DNA of 64,000 nucleotides from an uncultured Gammaproteobacteria bacterium (GTDB lineage: Bacteria; Patescibacteriota; Microgenomatia; UBA1406; HO2-37-13b), in NCBI GenBank assembly GCA_964422025.1, contig CAYQYZ010000001.1, forward strand, positions 277,181 to 341,180, given 5' to 3'. Both the position numbers and the translations under genes were made by a program. This document shows, piece by piece, positions 17,967 through 29,508 of this stretch (its first letter is position 1; the number at the start of each line of letters is the position of its first letter). The notes under the pieces are model-generated. The model was not told the DNA's origin, ran no database searches, and worked only from the letters and a program-made list of their open reading frames with translations.

Positions 17967-19211
17967 ATGTCAGACGACAAAATTCAGACATTAAAAGGGT
18001 TTCGAGATTTTTTAGGGCCACAGGCTCGAGCTCGTCAGTGGATGTTAAGTCAAATTCGAGAAGTTTTTGAGCTTTTTGGCTTTGAACCCTTAGAAACTCC
18101 TGCGCTTGAATACGCCGCTCTCTTAACGGGTAAATATGGAGAAGAAGCCGATAAATTAATCTACACTTTCCAAGACCGTGGAGGTCGCGATGTAGCCATG
18201 CGTTACGATCAAACCGTGCCTACCGCCCGAGTGATTTCTCAATATCAAAATGACCTTGCGCTGCCGTACAAACGCTATCAAATGCAACCCGTGTGGCGTG
18301 CCGATAAACCTCAAAAAGGACGGTATCGAGAATTTACCCAGTGCGATATTGATATACTAGGAAGCACCTCGCCCATGGCTGACGCAGAAATTATGGCATG
18401 TACGTATGCTGCATTCAAAAAAATTGGATTTAAAAACGTAAAACTACTCATTAATGACCGCAAAACACTGGTAGCAACGCTTGAAAAATACGCTACCGGT
18501 AGTGTGCCAGTATTCTCGATTATCCAAACGATCGATAAATTAGACAAAATTGGAAACGATGGCGTAGTGGCTGAACTTACTCAAAAAGGACTTGCTAATG
18601 ATGCTGCTAAAAATGTTATCACCGACACGCAAAACATTCCCATTTCCGACAATCTTGGACAGATTTCTAATTTTACGGTTTCGCTCGGAGTCGCGCCAGA
18701 AGATATTGTATATACTCCCACGCTTGCTCGGGGTTTAGATTATTACACAGGTCTCATTTTCGAAGTTTCGCTTCCTGAATATCCAACCGGTTCACTGGGT
18801 GGCGGAGGTCGCTATGATAATTTAATCAAACAATTGGGCGGTCCCGATGTACCTGCTGTTGGAATTGCGTTTGGCTTTGATCGTATGATTGATGCTGCTC
18901 AAGATCTTAATTTGATCGCTTCTGCACAAAAGGGAACCGATGTGCTAGTGACAGTCTTTAGTGAAGAGCTTGCAGAATTGTCTGCCCAAGTTGCAACTCA
19001 GTTGCGAGCTGCTGGTATAAAATCAGAAGTTTTCCCAGGTACTGACAAACTCGAAAAACAATTAAAATACGCCGACAAAAAAGGTGTCCCATTTGTCGTG
19101 GTTATTGGGCCCGAAGAAGCAAAAAACAATTCAGTCACGCTCAAAAATCTCAAAACTCGAGAACAGGAGACATTATCAATTCCACGACTGATTACGCTAC
19201 TGTCATCCTGA
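17967..19211 (+). CDS. hisS: histidine--tRNA ligase
   Basis: 'KGFRDF', 'YRYDQTVP'-like 'MRYDQTVP', 'REFTQCDIDILG' and 'GGGRYD..L' are class II HisRS blocks. Start set to ATG 17967, 6 nt after TGgTATAAT (17952-17960). Confidence 0.95.
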   Translation: MSDDKIQTLKGFRDFLGPQARARQWMLSQIREVFELFGFEPLETPALEYAALLTGKYGEEADKLIYTFQDRGGRDVAMRYDQTVPTARVISQYQNDLALPYKRYQMQPVWRADKPQKGRYREFTQCDIDILGSTSPMADAEIMACTYAAFKKIGFKNVKLLINDRKTLVATLEKYATGSVPVFSIIQTIDKLDKIGNDGVVAELTQKGLANDAAKNVITDTQNIPISDNLGQISNFTVSLGVAPEDIVYTPTLARGLDYYTGLIFEVSLPEYPTGSLGGGGRYDNLIKQLGGPDVPAVGIAFGFDRMIDAAQDLNLIASAQKGTDVLVTVFSEELAELSAQVATQLRAAGIKSEVFPGTDKLEKQLKYADKKGVPFVVVIGPEEAKNNSVTLKNLKTREQETLSIPRLITLLSS

Positions 19212-19282
19212 GGCAAAGCCGAAGGATCTCGGTGTGAAATAAACACCTAAATTCTTCAGTCGCTACGCTCTTTCAGAATGAC
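19202..19282. repeat. composite palindromic element: forward unit + central hairpin + inverted unit
   Basis: Forward unit GTCATCCTGAGGCAAAGCCGAAGGATCTC (19202-19230). Central hairpin GGTGT-gaaataa-ACACC. Inverted unit ATTCTTCAGTCGCTACGCTCTTTCAGAATGAC (19251-19282). The termini are inverted repeats (GTCATYCTGA). The element overlaps the hisS stop codon. Confidence 0.7.
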
Positions 19283-19293
19283 ATTGATATCAT

Positions 19294-19980
19294 ATGACAA
19301 TCAATCCAAATATCGTAATTATCGAAGCAAATGGCGGTGTGGGAGGCGACGAAGCAAAATTATGGGCTTCTGATATGCTTACTTCGTATATGAAATTCGC
19401 CGCACGTAAAGGCTTCACCATAACACTCATTGAAGACAATATTGCTCGTATTAAAGGTCAAGGTGCATTTAACTTATTCAAAAACGAAACAGGCGTGCAT
19501 CGTGTACAGCGAATTCCTTCTACTGAAAAACGGGGAAGAACTCATACATCCACAGCAGTCATCTTGGTACTCCCCGAAATTATTCAGGCTGAACAAACAA
19601 TCAATCAAAACGACATCCAATGGGATTTTATTCGAAGCGGAGGGCATGGGGGACAAAATGTGAATAAAGTTGCAACAGCGGTTCGTCTTACACACAAACC
19701 AACCGGAATTGTTATTAATGCCTCACGTGAGCGTTTCCAACAAGCTAATCGTCAAATTGCACTTGGAATTCTGGCATCTAAACTCTACCAATTAGAGGTT
19801 GAAAAGCAACAAGGCCTGCGCCATTCATACGTTAAAGATGTTGGAACTGGTGATCGAGCCGAAAAAATTCGTACCTATAATTTCCCACAGAATCGATTAA
19901 CTGATCATCGCATTAACAAAAGTTTCCATAATTTGGAAGACATTATCGATCAGGGTCGGTGGGAAAAGGTCTTAGGATAA
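19294..19980 (+). CDS. prfA: peptide chain release factor 1-like protein lacking N-terminal domain 1
   Basis: GGQ motif '[12 protein letters not shown]'. The RF1-type P-x-T decoding tripeptide is present as '[14 protein letters not shown]'. Only 228 aa, starting at the '[11 protein letters not shown]' block of domain 2. rpmE is the neighbouring gene. Confidence 0.8.
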   Translation: MTINPNIVIIEANGGVGGDEAKLWASDMLTSYMKFAARKGFTITLIEDNIARIKGQGAFNLFKNETGVHRVQRIPSTEKRGRTHTSTAVILVLPEIIQAEQTINQNDIQWDFIRSGGHGGQNVNKVATAVRLTHKPTGIVINASRERFQQANRQIALGILASKLYQLEVEKQQGLRHSYVKDVGTGDRAEKIRTYNFPQNRLTDHRINKSFHNLEDIIDQGRWEKVLG

Positions 19981-20028
19981 ACACCACTGGAAAATCGCAG
20001 GCAAATTATGGTATAATACTCATCACCT

Positions 20029-20322
20029 ATGAAAGCAGCAATTCATCCACAATATTTCACCGACACCATTGTAACCTGTTCATGCGGGAATACCTTCACA
20101 TCCGGCTCAATTAAAAAAGATATTCGCGTTGAAGTTTGCTACAAATGCCATCCGTTATACACCGGTGAAAAACGATTTGTCGACACATTGGGTCAAGTCG
20201 GAAAATTCCAAAAGAAACAAGAAGCAGCCAAAGGATATGTTCCTTCTGCTAAAAAACTCGACAAAAAAAATGCTAAATCCGGAAGTAATAAATCTCTTAA
20301 AGAACTCCTTCTCGAAGCGTAA
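20029..20322 (+). CDS. rpmE: 50S ribosomal protein L31 (4-Cys zinc type) with Lys-rich C-terminal extension
   Basis: 'MKAAIHPQYF', 'CSCGN' and 'CYKCHPLYTG'. Confidence 0.95.
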   Translation: MKAAIHPQYFTDTIVTCSCGNTFTSGSIKKDIRVEVCYKCHPLYTGEKRFVDTLGQVGKFQKKQEAAKGYVPSAKKLDKKNAKSGSNKSLKELLLEA

Positions 20323-20360
20323 TTCTAACCTAAATTTACCCTTTTTTTACGCATAGCCCC

Positions 20361-22329
<1,969 letters not shown>

Positions 22330-22336
22330 GCGAAGC

Positions 22337-22385
22337 GTCATCCTGAGCGACCCCGAGCACTGTCGAGGGGGAGTCGAAGGATCTC
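22337..22385 (+). repeat. small palindromic repeat unit, copy 3, with nested GC hairpin insert
   Basis: GTCATCCTGAGCGA-[CCCCGAGCACTGTCGAGGGGG]-AGTCGAAGGATCTC. ATCCT (22340-22344) pairs with AGGAT (22378-22382). It lies immediately 3' of gyrB. Confidence 0.7.
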
Positions 22386-22409
22386 AACTATTATAAATTA
22401 TAAAAAAAT

Positions 22410-22925
22410 ATGAACATATCAAAACTAACAGCCGGAGATAAAGCTCCAGAAGAGGTTAATGTATTAATCGAAATTCCACAAGGATCATCCGTTAAATATG
22501 AAATAGATAAAGATTCCGGTGCTCTATTTATTGATCGTTTCTTGTACACCTCCATGTCATACCCATTTAATTACGGATATGTTCCACAAACGCTTGACGG
22601 CGATGGAGACGGAATCGATGTGCTCGTTTTGTCATCTCAAGTAGTGCAAGCAGGGACAGTATTACCAGCGCGTCCTATTGGTATGCTTGAAATGGAAGAT
22701 GAAGAGGGAATGGATACAAAAGTAATTGCCGTACCTACAAAAAAGATTGATCCATTCTTTGCAAACATCGAAGATGTTTCTGATTTGGCCGATGCATACA
22801 AGAATAAAATTAAACATTTTTTTGACAGCTACAAACAGCTTGAACCAGGAAAATGGGTAAAAACTAAAGATTTCTTAGGAAAAGATGCAGCAATTGAAGC
22901 TATTAAAAAATCGATGAGTAAATAA
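22410..22925 (+). CDS. ppa: inorganic pyrophosphatase (family I)
   Basis: 'EIPQGSSVKYEIDKDSG', 'YPFNYGYVPQT' and 'DGDGIDVLVL'. Confidence 0.95.
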   Translation: MNISKLTAGDKAPEEVNVLIEIPQGSSVKYEIDKDSGALFIDRFLYTSMSYPFNYGYVPQTLDGDGDGIDVLVLSSQVVQAGTVLPARPIGMLEMEDEEGMDTKVIAVPTKKIDPFFANIEDVSDLADAYKNKIKHFFDSYKQLEPGKWVKTKDFLGKDAAIEAIKKSMSK

Positions 22926-22955
22926 AATACTCTCGTCGTACAACAAAACAAAACT

Positions 22956-25553
22956 ATGGATGATGAAATGAGAATTAGGGATAAAAACAATACTACAACC
23001 GAAATTTCTTCGGAAATGAAACGTGCGTATTTGAATTACGCGATGTCGGTCATTGTTTCTCGTGCACTTCCCGATGTTCGTGACGGTTTAAAACCTGTAC
23101 ATCGTCGTATTTTGTACGCGATGTATCGAATTGGACTAACTGCCAGTGCGCGTTTTTCAAAATCAGCATCTGTAGTCGGAGAAGTGTTGGGTAAATATCA
23201 TCCACATGGTGACGCGCCGGTATATGATTCGTTGGTCCGTATGGCCCAAGAATTTTCAATGCGATACCCACTCATTAAAGGTCAGGGAAACTTCGGGTCT
23301 ATTGATGGCGATCCTCCTGCCGCAATGCGGTATACAGAGGTCAAGCTAACTAAAATCGCCGAAGAAATGCTTTTTGATATTGATAAAGCTACTGTTGACT
23401 GGATGGACAATTTCGATGCTAAATTACAAGAACCACAGTTTCTACCTGCAAAGCTTCCTAATTTGCTCCTCATGGGCGCTGAAGGTATTGCCGTTGGTAT
23501 GGCAACCAAAATTCCTCCACATAATTTGTCGGAAATCGTCGATGGTATTTGTGCGATGATCGATAAAACAAAACGAGCGGATGCTCCGGTTACAGCTCCC
23601 GAAGATGTCGTGACAGGGGATACTCCTACTGAAGAGAAGTCGAAAGATAAAAAAGGAGTAAAAGTCGAACCGGTAGCAGAAGTTGCAAAAGATCATATTG
23701 ATCGACTCAGCTTTGAAACATCACTTGAAGATTTAATGAAGCACATTAAGGGTCCTGATTTCCCAACTGCCGGACATATTTATGGCGGCGATGAAATTAT
23801 TCAAGCATACGCAACTGGACGTGGAAAAATGATGGTTCGGGCAGAAGTTGATAGTGAAGATTTAGGAAAAGGAAAAACAGCAATTATTGTAAATGAACTT
23901 CCATATCAGGTTAATAAGGCAAATTTAGTTGCAAAAATTGCCGATTTAGTTCGCGACAAAAAAATTATTGGTATTTCTGATTTACGTGATGAATCCGACC
24001 GCGATGGAATTCGAGTTGTTATCGAACTCAAGCGAGATGCGTCATACAAGAAAATCCTTAACAATCTATACAAACACACCGATCTGCAAACATCGTATCC
24101 AATGAACATGGTGGTTTTGGTCGATGGCATGCCACAAACACTGTCGCTTAAGTCGATCTTGGAAAATTATCTAAAGCACCGCTGTACTGTTATCATTAAG
24201 CGCTCAGAGTTTGAATTGGCGCAAGCAAAGAGTCGCGCGCATATTCTTGAAGGACTTCTTATAGCACTTGATCATATCGATGAGGTTATCGCAATTATTC
24301 GAAAATCGGCAAATGAACCAGAGGCAAAAAGTAAATTGATGAGCAAACTAGGTCTATCAGATTTGCAGTCGCAAGCAATTTTGGACATGCAATTGAAGAG
24401 ATTGACTGGTTTGGAGCGAGCCAAGATTGAAGATGAACTAAAAGCCTTACATGAAAGAATTGCATACCTCGAAGATTTACTCAAAGATATTTTCAAAATT
24501 CTTACAATCATTAAAGAAGAACTTTTATATTTGAAAGAAAAATATGGCGATCCTCGCCGAACAAAGATTTTCAAAAATCAACCCGGAAAGTTTTCAGAAG
24601 AAGAGCTTATTGAAAACAAAGAAGTCCTCATTACCTTAACAAAGCAAGGATACGCAAAATCAGTTCCACGTGATACGTTTAAAGTGCAGCATCGTGGTGG
24701 TAAAGGAGTTGCCGGAATGGACACAAACGAAGAAGATGATGTGTACTTTATAACCGCTGCAAAAACACATGACTCGATATTATTTTTTACGAATGCCGGC
24801 AAAGTGTATCAAACACGCGTGTGGGAAATTCCCGCTGGCTCACGAACGTCAAAAGGGAAAGCGTTAATAAATCTTATTAATATCGGTCCCGATGAAAAAG
24901 TAACATCAGTATTAACCTACAGTCAAGATCAAGCTAAATCTAAAGAAAAACAATTCATTCTCATGAGCACTCGTATGGGAACAGTCAAAAAAACGCTTCT
25001 TGCAGATTTTGCCAACATTCGAGCAAATGGTATTATTGCGATCAAACTTGAAAAAACTGATCAATTGTTATGGGCAATGCTTACCGATAACAACAAACGG
25101 ATCATTTTTGCAACTAAAAAAGGACAATCACTTGCCTGTGACGAAAAAGACATTCGTTCAACCGGGCGTTCCAGCCAAGGAGTTATTGGAATGCGAATTG
25201 CCTCAGGCGACGTAATTACTTCGATGGATATTTTTGAAAAAGACAGTAAATTTGACTTATTAGTCTTATCAGAAAATGGTATTGGCAAACGTACTCCGCT
25301 TAAATTGTTCCCCGTCCAAAAACGAGGAGGCAAGGGAGTTAAAATAGCGAGTCTTGATGCCCGAACAGGTGAAATAGCTTTCTCCGGAGTCGTAGGACCT
25401 GACGTTGAGACACTTATTATCACCACCCAAAAAGGGCAAGTTGTAAAAATCCCACTTAGCAATATTCCAAAACTTTCACGTGCTGCAAAAGGAGTCATTT
25501 TGATGCGATTTAGTAAATCAGATGCAAAAATTGCAGGAGCAACGTTTGTCTAG
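22956..25553 (+). CDS. gyrA: DNA gyrase subunit A
   Basis: '[28 protein letters not shown]', 'GKYHPHGD', 'GPDFPT' and C-terminal beta-pinwheel repeats. Confidence 0.95.
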   Translation: MDDEMRIRDKNNTTTEISSEMKRAYLNYAMSVIVSRALPDVRDGLKPVHRRILYAMYRIGLTASARFSKSASVVGEVLGKYHPHGDAPVYDSLVRMAQEFSMRYPLIKGQGNFGSIDGDPPAAMRYTEVKLTKIAEEMLFDIDKATVDWMDNFDAKLQEPQFLPAKLPNLLLMGAEGIAVGMATKIPPHNLSEIVDGICAMIDKTKRADAPVTAPEDVVTGDTPTEEKSKDKKGVKVEPVAEVAKDHIDRLSFETSLEDLMKHIKGPDFPTAGHIYGGDEIIQAYATGRGKMMVRAEVDSEDLGKGKTAIIVNELPYQVNKANLVAKIADLVRDKKIIGISDLRDESDRDGIRVVIELKRDASYKKILNNLYKHTDLQTSYPMNMVVLVDGMPQTLSLKSILENYLKHRCTVIIKRSEFELAQAKSRAHILEGLLIALDHIDEVIAIIRKSANEPEAKSKLMSKLGLSDLQSQAILDMQLKRLTGLERAKIEDELKALHERIAYLEDLLKDIFKILTIIKEELLYLKEKYGDPRRTKIFKNQPGKFSEEELIENKEVLITLTKQGYAKSVPRDTFKVQHRGGKGVAGMDTNEEDDVYFITAAKTHDSILFFTNAGKVYQTRVWEIPAGSRTSKGKALINLINIGPDEKVTSVLTYSQDQAKSKEKQFILMSTRMGTVKKTLLADFANIRANGIIAIKLEKTDQLLWAMLTDNNKRIIFATKKGQSLACDEKDIRSTGRSSQGVIGMRIASGDVITSMDIFEKDSKFDLLVLSENGIGKRTPLKLFPVQKRGGKGVKIASLDARTGEIAFSGVVGPDVETLIITTQKGQVVKIPLSNIPKLSRAAKGVILMRFSKSDAKIAGATFV

Positions 25554-25571
25554 GTACGGATCACTTTCTTT

Positions 25572-26453
25572 ATGGAAATTAATGGAAAAAAGATAGCAAT
25601 TAAAATTCTTGAACAGCTGCGCGACGAAGTAAAAAAACAGGGACTTACTCCAAAACTTGTAGTATTTTCTATTAATCCTTCCGAGAGTGATCAAATTTAC
25701 ATTAAATTAAAACGCGAAGCGGCAACGCTTATTGGCGCCGGATTTGAAGTAGTATATTTCAGAAAAACACCTCGTTTTGAAGAGTTTGCAAACATTTTGC
25801 GCAAAAAAGCAGATAGCATTGAAACAAGTGGTCTTATTATTCAACGCCCACTACCTTCCCAACTTTCGACTGAAACGGTATTTAATTACGTACCTACTAT
25901 TAAAGAGATTGAAGGACACAAAGCAAAGTCGCCATTTTTGCCGCCACTTGGATTGGGGATATTAACAATGATTAAATATATTTTCGATCCAGCAAGTAAA
26001 GAAAATCCTGATAATTTGTCAGTCGATATTAAGAAAGACATGTCATTTTTTAAGAATGTATTGCGACGAAAGAAGATTGTCCTTATGGGCCGTGGAGAAA
26101 CAGGTGGAAAACCAATTGGGAAAATTTTAAGTGCTTTGCGAATTAATTACATTAATACCCACAGTAAAACTTCACCAGAAAGTGAATTTTATGCCGATGC
26201 AGATATTATTATTACTGCAACCGGGAAAAAAGTTATTACCCCTCAAATGATCAAGCAAGGAGTAATATTACTGAATGTTGGTTTTAGACGTGAGGCAGGA
26301 CTTTCAAAGGGGGACTACGATATGGATGAGGTTAAAGACATAGCAAGCTTCTATACTCCTACTCCCAATGGAATCGGGCCTCTGGAAATTGCCTATTTAA
26401 TGAGTAATTTAGTTGAATCAGCAAAATTGCAGAAAGCGAAGTTTAGTTCTTAA
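25572..26453 (+). CDS. folD: bifunctional methylenetetrahydrofolate dehydrogenase/cyclohydrolase (divergent FolD)
   Basis: 'INGKKIA..I..L..EV', 'IIQRPLP', 'GRGETGGKPIG' and 'TPTPNGIGPLEIAYLM' parallel the FolD blocks. Confidence 0.8.
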   Translation: MEINGKKIAIKILEQLRDEVKKQGLTPKLVVFSINPSESDQIYIKLKREAATLIGAGFEVVYFRKTPRFEEFANILRKKADSIETSGLIIQRPLPSQLSTETVFNYVPTIKEIEGHKAKSPFLPPLGLGILTMIKYIFDPASKENPDNLSVDIKKDMSFFKNVLRRKKIVLMGRGETGGKPIGKILSALRINYINTHSKTSPESEFYADADIIITATGKKVITPQMIKQGVILLNVGFRREAGLSKGDYDMDEVKDIASFYTPTPNGIGPLEIAYLMSNLVESAKLQKAKFSS

Positions 26454-26458
26454 ATAAC

Positions 26459-27799
26459 ATGACCGATTTCTCAGACAAAGAAGGTCAACCAATTTCAGGT
26501 TCCACACAAACAAGAAGAGCATTTATCGGAAAAATTGCCGCTATTACAGGAATAGGAGGAGCAACTAAAGTTCTTTACGACCGACATTTCGCTTATAAAG
26601 ATAACGAACTACAACCAGGCCCACCGCTCGAAGTTCCTACTTTTTTAGAAGTAACTCCTGAAACCGAAATGCTCCCCGCAATTGACTGGACTACTGAAAA
26701 AGTTCAGACTAGTATAGATCAAGCAATTCAGAGATCTTTAGAAACCGGCCGAGAAATTCTAGTTGAACTCCCCGAAGGAGAAATTCTTATCGATAAAACT
26801 ATTACGTGTACTATTCCGGAAGGAGCAAAAATAAAATTGAAAGGGCATGAAAAGGGGAGTCGTCTAAAACTTGAACCAGCCCTTTCCGAGATCTCGCAAG
26901 AATGGGGTTCATTTGCACAAAGCAGCATTTTGTACTTTCGCGATATGGAAGGAGATCTGGGGATAGATGGGGTTCAGTTTGACGGATCATCATTAAGAGC
27001 TCAAGAGCGACGTGATCATGTAGCTGCTAAAAGTCCCTGGGATGCATTGGTTCTTATTGTTGGTAAAGGGGAGGGAGAAAAATATACTTCCGCTATGGAT
27101 AGAGCGGGCAACAGAAAGGGAAAAGCAGAAGTTGTAAATAGCAGGTTTTATAATTCCGAGTCGGGGGGAGTAACTATGCAAAATATTCACGATGCACAAT
27201 TCCATGATTCACAGGGAAGTAAACTCGATGTACTTTTCACCTCAACCTGGTGTGACGATGTTTCATCACGTAATTGTAGAGGTGAATATTTGCTGTCTGA
27301 TGGAACCTATATCACCAGCGCACAGAATGTAAAACTAGAAAACTGGCAAATTAAAACTGCCCGACAAGCTTACGATTTACAAGGTGTACGAAATGCCTCT
27401 CTTACTCAATGTCATGCGTATGATAGCGCATTTGCTTTCGCATTTACTTTGTCTGAAACAGATAAAACAACGCCATCTGGAAATATCACTGTTGACGATA
27501 GTCACTCCGAGGGTTGTTTAACACCATTTAGTATTGGGGAAGTACAACAATTGCAGGTCTCAAACAGTAATCACGATAATGTGGGCGAATGGTATACGCA
27601 GTACGTGGCTGGAGATTTTCATCATGCAAGTGGCATTGTTCCGCTTGGCAATGCAATTGCACAACCTACGTCATTTATTTCATACGGGTCCCGTTATATT
27701 GAAGGAATTGATCTCGAGAATGTTTCCATGCGAGTAAGTCCGAACGCTCCTGAGAATTTTAGTTTAGCACATTTACCGGGTATCCGATATACAAACTAG
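26459..27799 (+). CDS. secreted protein with twin-arginine-type signal, probable right-handed beta-helix fold
   Basis: 'TRRAFIGKIAAITGIGG' matches the S/T-R-R-x-F-L-K pattern followed by a hydrophobic region. The body is rich in short repetitive G/N/S/T-containing beta segments. The fold call is tentative. Confidence 0.7.
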   Translation: MTDFSDKEGQPISGSTQTRRAFIGKIAAITGIGGATKVLYDRHFAYKDNELQPGPPLEVPTFLEVTPETEMLPAIDWTTEKVQTSIDQAIQRSLETGREILVELPEGEILIDKTITCTIPEGAKIKLKGHEKGSRLKLEPALSEISQEWGSFAQSSILYFRDMEGDLGIDGVQFDGSSLRAQERRDHVAAKSPWDALVLIVGKGEGEKYTSAMDRAGNRKGKAEVVNSRFYNSESGGVTMQNIHDAQFHDSQGSKLDVLFTSTWCDDVSSRNCRGEYLLSDGTYITSAQNVKLENWQIKTARQAYDLQGVRNASLTQCHAYDSAFAFAFTLSETDKTTPSGNITVDDSHSEGCLTPFSIGEVQQLQVSNSNHDNVGEWYTQYVAGDFHHASGIVPLGNAIAQPTSFISYGSRYIEGIDLENVSMRVSPNAPENFSLAHLPGIRYTN

Positions 27800-29508
27800 T
27801 TCTTAAATAATTGCAAAAAAACTTCTTTCGGAATTTCTACAGAACCAATATTTTTCATCAGCTTCTTTCCTGCTTTTTGTTTTTTTAGCAATTTGTCTTT
27901 TCGACTTCTATCTCCACCGTAAAGCCCCGATATAACGTCTTTTCTAAACGGTGCAATTCGATTTGATGCAATAATTTTCCCTTTATATTGCGCTTGGATT
28001 TTTACTTCATATTGTTGACGCGGTATAAGTTCTTTAAGCTTAGAAGTAAGCTCAGAACCTCGTTCATATGCTTTCTCTGCTACGATATATTCCGAGAACT
28101 CATCCACTGGCTCCAAATTTAACATAATAATAAGCTTGTCTGCGTCTACCCGTCGATATTCCTTAAACTCCCACTGCAACGATGCATAACCAGAAGAAAT
28201 TGTTTTAAGGCGATCAAAAAAACTTCCCATAAGTTCTGCCATCGGAATCTCGTACGACAGATATACGTGTGATTTATTATCCATATGCAAGAATGTAGCC
28301 CGCGCTTCTTCCGCTTGTCGCATAACTGCTCCTACGTACTCCTGTGGTGTAACGATGTCGACTGAAGCAATCGGCTCATCATATATTTTCTTCCCGTGCT
28401 CCATCGACTCATGGTAGTCGACTGTGGGTGATGTAAGTACAATATTGGCGTTAAACTCTCGTTCGAGTCGCTGTCGAACAACATCAGCGTGCAGCAGTCC
28501 TAAAAAACCTACGCGCAAACCTGATCCGAGAGCTTTACTAAATATTGGTTCAAACGTAAGTGCCGAGTCATTTAAGGTTAATTTTTCCATTGCATCAATA
28601 AGACTTACATACTCATCGGGGTCAGTTGGAAACATTGAAGAAAAAACCATCGGTTGCACCTTTCGATATCCAGGGAGCGCTTGAGAAGGGGAACTGGCAA
28701 GCGTTATAGTATCTCCAACCTGTACTTGGTGAATATCTTTGAGGTTAGTTACGATATATCCTATTTCACCCGCCCCCAAGGTTTGGGTCGGAACTAATGC
28801 TGGTTTGAAAATACCCACCTCAGTTCCTTCGAATGTTAAATTAGTCGCATGTAGATGCACCTTCATACCTTTTTTAAGAATTCCATCGACAATACGAACA
28901 AACGCAATAACTCCACGATATTGATCGTAATATGAATCGAAAATGAGTGCCTTAACACTTTCCGTCACCGCGAGTGGAGCGGGCGGAACTTTTTTAATAA
29001 CTTCTTCTAATAATTCGCTAACGCCTTGTCCTGTTTTTGCCGATATTTCAAAAATTTCCGTTTCCTCAATTCCTAAAAACTGCGCAATTTCTTTTTTTGT
29101 ATCTGCAACTCGAGCCGCTGGCATATCTATTTTATTGACTGCAGGAATAAGAATAATATTTTGTTCTAGGGCTTTGTACGTATGTGCAATTGTTTGGGCT
29201 TGGATTCCCTGAGTTGCATCAACCAACAAAATTGCTCCTTCAACACAAGCCAATGTTCGTTCAACTTCATACGAAAAATCCACGTGACCTGGTGTATCGA
29301 TCAGATTGAGAATTGTGTCTTGATATTCCATTTTGACCGGGGCAAGTTTAATAGTAATTCCTCGCTCACGAGAAATAGGATTAGCATCAAGCATTTGAGC
29401 TTCATGACGGTCTTTGTCTACAGTCCCCGTAAGCTCCAGCAGTCTATCGGCGAGTGTAGATTTTCCATGATCAACATGTGCGATTATTGCAAAGTTTCTA
29501 ATGTTCAT
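27796..29508 (-). CDS. lepA: translation elongation factor 4
   Basis: 'IRNFAIIAHVDHGKSTLADRLL', 'DTPGHVDF', 'NKID' and the LepA-specific C-terminal region. Confidence 0.95.
   Translation of the reverse strand: MNIRNFAIIAHVDHGKSTLADRLLELTGTVDKDRHEAQMLDANPISRERGITIKLAPVKMEYQDTILNLIDTPGHVDFSYEVERTLACVEGAILLVDATQGIQAQTIAHTYKALEQNIILIPAVNKIDMPAARVADTKKEIAQFLGIEETEIFEISAKTGQGVSELLEEVIKKVPPAPLAVTESVKALIFDSYYDQYRGVIAFVRIVDGILKKGMKVHLHATNLTFEGTEVGIFKPALVPTQTLGAGEIGYIVTNLKDIHQVQVGDTITLASSPSQALPGYRKVQPMVFSSMFPTDPDEYVSLIDAMEKLTLNDSALTFEPIFSKALGSGLRVGFLGLLHADVVRQRLEREFNANIVLTSPTVDYHESMEHGKKIYDEPIASVDIVTPQEYVGAVMRQAEEARATFLHMDNKSHVYLSYEIPMAELMGSFFDRLKTISSGYASLQWEFKEYRRVDADKLIIMLNLEPVDEFSEYIVAEKAYERGSELTSKLKELIPRQQYEVKIQAQYKGKIIASNRIAPFRKDVISGLYGGDRSRKDKLLKKQKAGKKLMKNIGSVEIPKEVFLQLFKN

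Noticed and set aside
19212-19293. Is prfA a pseudogene or a frameshifted gene whose N-terminal part lies upstream?
   Set aside because: Only 82 nt separate the hisS stop from the prfA ATG, and the palindromic repeat occupies that space. About 110 codons cannot fit there. The remaining ORF is intact with all catalytic motifs, so I treat it as a native short form.
25061-25498. 145-aa minus-strand ORF inside gyrA. Similar antisense ORFs occur at 15864-16313, 12739-13128, 20887-21264, 21329-21676, 47881-48228, 52406-52753 and 54862-55254.
   Set aside because: All are embedded antisense in strongly supported genes, and none has recognisable motifs.
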